From an uncultured Planctomycetia bacterium (GTDB lineage: Bacteria; Omnitrophota; Gorgyraeia; Tantalellales; Tantalellaceae), in NCBI GenBank assembly GCA_964565425.1, contig CAZMEZ010000004.1, positions 24,907 to 88,906 of the forward strand: a DNA stretch of 64,000 nucleotides, read 5' to 3'. The notes under the pieces were generated by a model that saw nothing but the letters and a program-made list of their open reading frames with translations, had not been told where the DNA came from and did not search any database. Within the stretch, counting starts at the first letter, position 1, and every line of letters starts with the position of its first letter. Shown piece by piece: positions 62,840-64,000 of the stretch. A program made the translations under genes and the position numbers.

Positions 62840-64000
62840 ATGAATATCTTATCTGTGTTGAGGAGTTTTACCGGTAGAGACGGCAGATCGCTCGTTGTTC
62901 TGTTCTTTGTTCTTTATTTCTTTCTGGGGTTGGCGGTCTTTGACGACTACGGTGTCTCCTGGGACGAGGATTTTTCGAGATCCAACGGAGAAGTTTCCGT
63001 CAAATACGCCCTTTACGGGGATGAACGGCTCTTCGCGCACTGGGAGAAATATCACGGACCGGTTTTTGAGATGTTCCTGTATCTTATGGAAAAGGCCCCG
63101 GGGATAACCGAAAACCCCAGAGCAGCTTATCTCATGAGGCACCTGGCCACTTTCCTGCTCTTTTATGCCGGGATGTGGTTCTTTTATCTTTTGTGCAAGC
63201 GCAGGTTCAGGAGCCGGAAGGTCGCTCTTTTGGGGTGCGTGTTTCTCTTGATAAGCCCCCGTATTTTCGCTCATTCTTTCTATAATTCAAAGGACATAGC
63301 TTTTCTATCCCTTTTTATTATAAGCATTTACACGCTTTTGCGGTATCTGGACAAAAAGACATTTTTCAGGGCATCGATCCATGCGCTGGTCTCGGCCCTC
63401 TTGATCGATGTCCGGATAATGGGCCTTATCATTCCGGTCTTTACCCTGGTCTTTGCCGCTTCCGATCTATGCATGAAAGGAGTAACGCGGAAGAGACGAC
63501 AAGCCGGCAGCCTGTTCTTGTACGCGGTTTTCCTGCCGTCCTTAGTCGTGCTATTCTGGCCCACGTTGTGGTCCGATCCTCTGGGGAATTTCATACAAGC
63601 CATCAAACAGATGAAGAGTTTTCCCTGGGAGGCGCCCGTTTTATATTTGGGAGAATATGTGAGAGCCACTAACCTGCCGTGGCATTATATTCCCGTGTGG
63701 CTTGTCATAACGACACCGGTCCTGTACACGTTATTTTTCCTTGCGGGCTGTTCCGTCGAGATAAGGTCCATGCTGAAAGGGTGGGGCGGCTTCTACCGCG
63801 AGAGAAGGGAAGACCTTATATATCTCTTGTGGTTCTTCCTGCCCCTGGTTACCGTAATAGGCGCCGGCACGGTCCTTTACGATTCATGGAGGCACATGTT
63901 CTTTATCTATCCCGCGTTCTTGATATTATCTCTCGTGGGGATGGTATCGATGTACGATTACGTCAGGCGCGTGTTGAGCGGTCGGAATTTTCAATCGTTC
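62840..64000 (+). CDS. GT-C-fold membrane glycosyltransferase (ArnT/PMT family 39/83-like); 3' end lies outside the window
   Basis: This ORF is not in the supplied track because it has no stop. ATG 62840 is followed by 387 open codons to the window end. It is polytopic, with a first-loop VSWDEDF acidic motif. Confidence 0.6.
   Translation, partial: MNILSVLRSFTGRDGRSLVVLFFVLYFFLGLAVFDDYGVSWDEDFSRSNGEVSVKYALYGDERLFAHWEKYHGPVFEMFLYLMEKAPGITENPRAAYLMRHLATFLLFYAGMWFFYLLCKRRFRSRKVALLGCVFLLISPRIFAHSFYNSKDIAFLSLFIISIYTLLRYLDKKTFFRASIHALVSALLIDVRIMGLIIPVFTLVFAASDLCMKGVTRKRRQAGSLFLYAVFLPSLVVLFWPTLWSDPLGNFIQAIKQMKSFPWEAPVLYLGEYVRATNLPWHYIPVWLVITTPVLYTLFFLAGCSVEIRSMLKGWGGFYRERREDLIYLLWFFLPLVTVIGAGTVLYDSWRHMFFIYPAFLILSLVGMVSMYDYVRRVLSGRNFQSF

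Overview
Bacterial chromosomal window, taxon not assignable from sequence alone. All of the roughly 58 credible genes lie on the + strand. The long minus-strand ORFs in the track are antisense shadows. Family calls rest on motif recognition by eye, since no searches could be run.

Layout:
- 1-9.8 kb, housekeeping: a GH57 glycogen cluster (DUF1926-like tail, DUF4912, GH57 branching enzyme, DUF2934, glgC), a flavoprotein, a DUF318 permease, pncA-pncB, and an orphan sigma-54-dependent response regulator.
- 9.8-15 kb: a consensus sigma-54 promoter in front of a small secreted transglutaminase-like gene, then rpoN, a PurF-like protein with Ser in place of the Cys nucleophile, and an NHL-repeat protein.
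- 15.1-64 kb: one very large cell-surface glycan locus in blocks separated by unusual repeat-built spacers.
  - Block i: an EPS-type MarR regulator, pseB/pseC, and a HisH/HisF/PP-loop amidotransferase trio.
  - Block ii: an 18-gene tightly coupled block. It joins a pseG-pseH fusion, pseI and a cytidylyltransferase to a Fom-like phosphonate module: a PEP mutase-nucleotidyltransferase fusion, B12 radical SAM, phosphonopyruvate decarboxylase, Fe-ADH, a second B12 radical SAM, a LicC-like NTase, a CDP-alcohol-transferase-like protein and a methyltransferase.
  - Block iii: a diacetamido-sugar and glycosyltransferase block with two more B12 radical SAM genes.
  - Block iv: the priming phosphoglycosyltransferase bracketed by inverted repeats of about 160 bp, a GIY-YIG gene, and an ArnC/ArnT-like pair.

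Most interesting observations:
- The epoxidase-less Fom-like phosphonate pathway embedded in a pseudaminic-acid operon.
- Five paralogous B12-binding radical SAM enzymes in one glycan locus.
- Intergenic spacers built almost entirely from phased heptanucleotide words (STRR-like), plus a dispersed core element of about 100 bp.

No rRNA, tRNA, CRISPR array, transposase or integrase was recognised.
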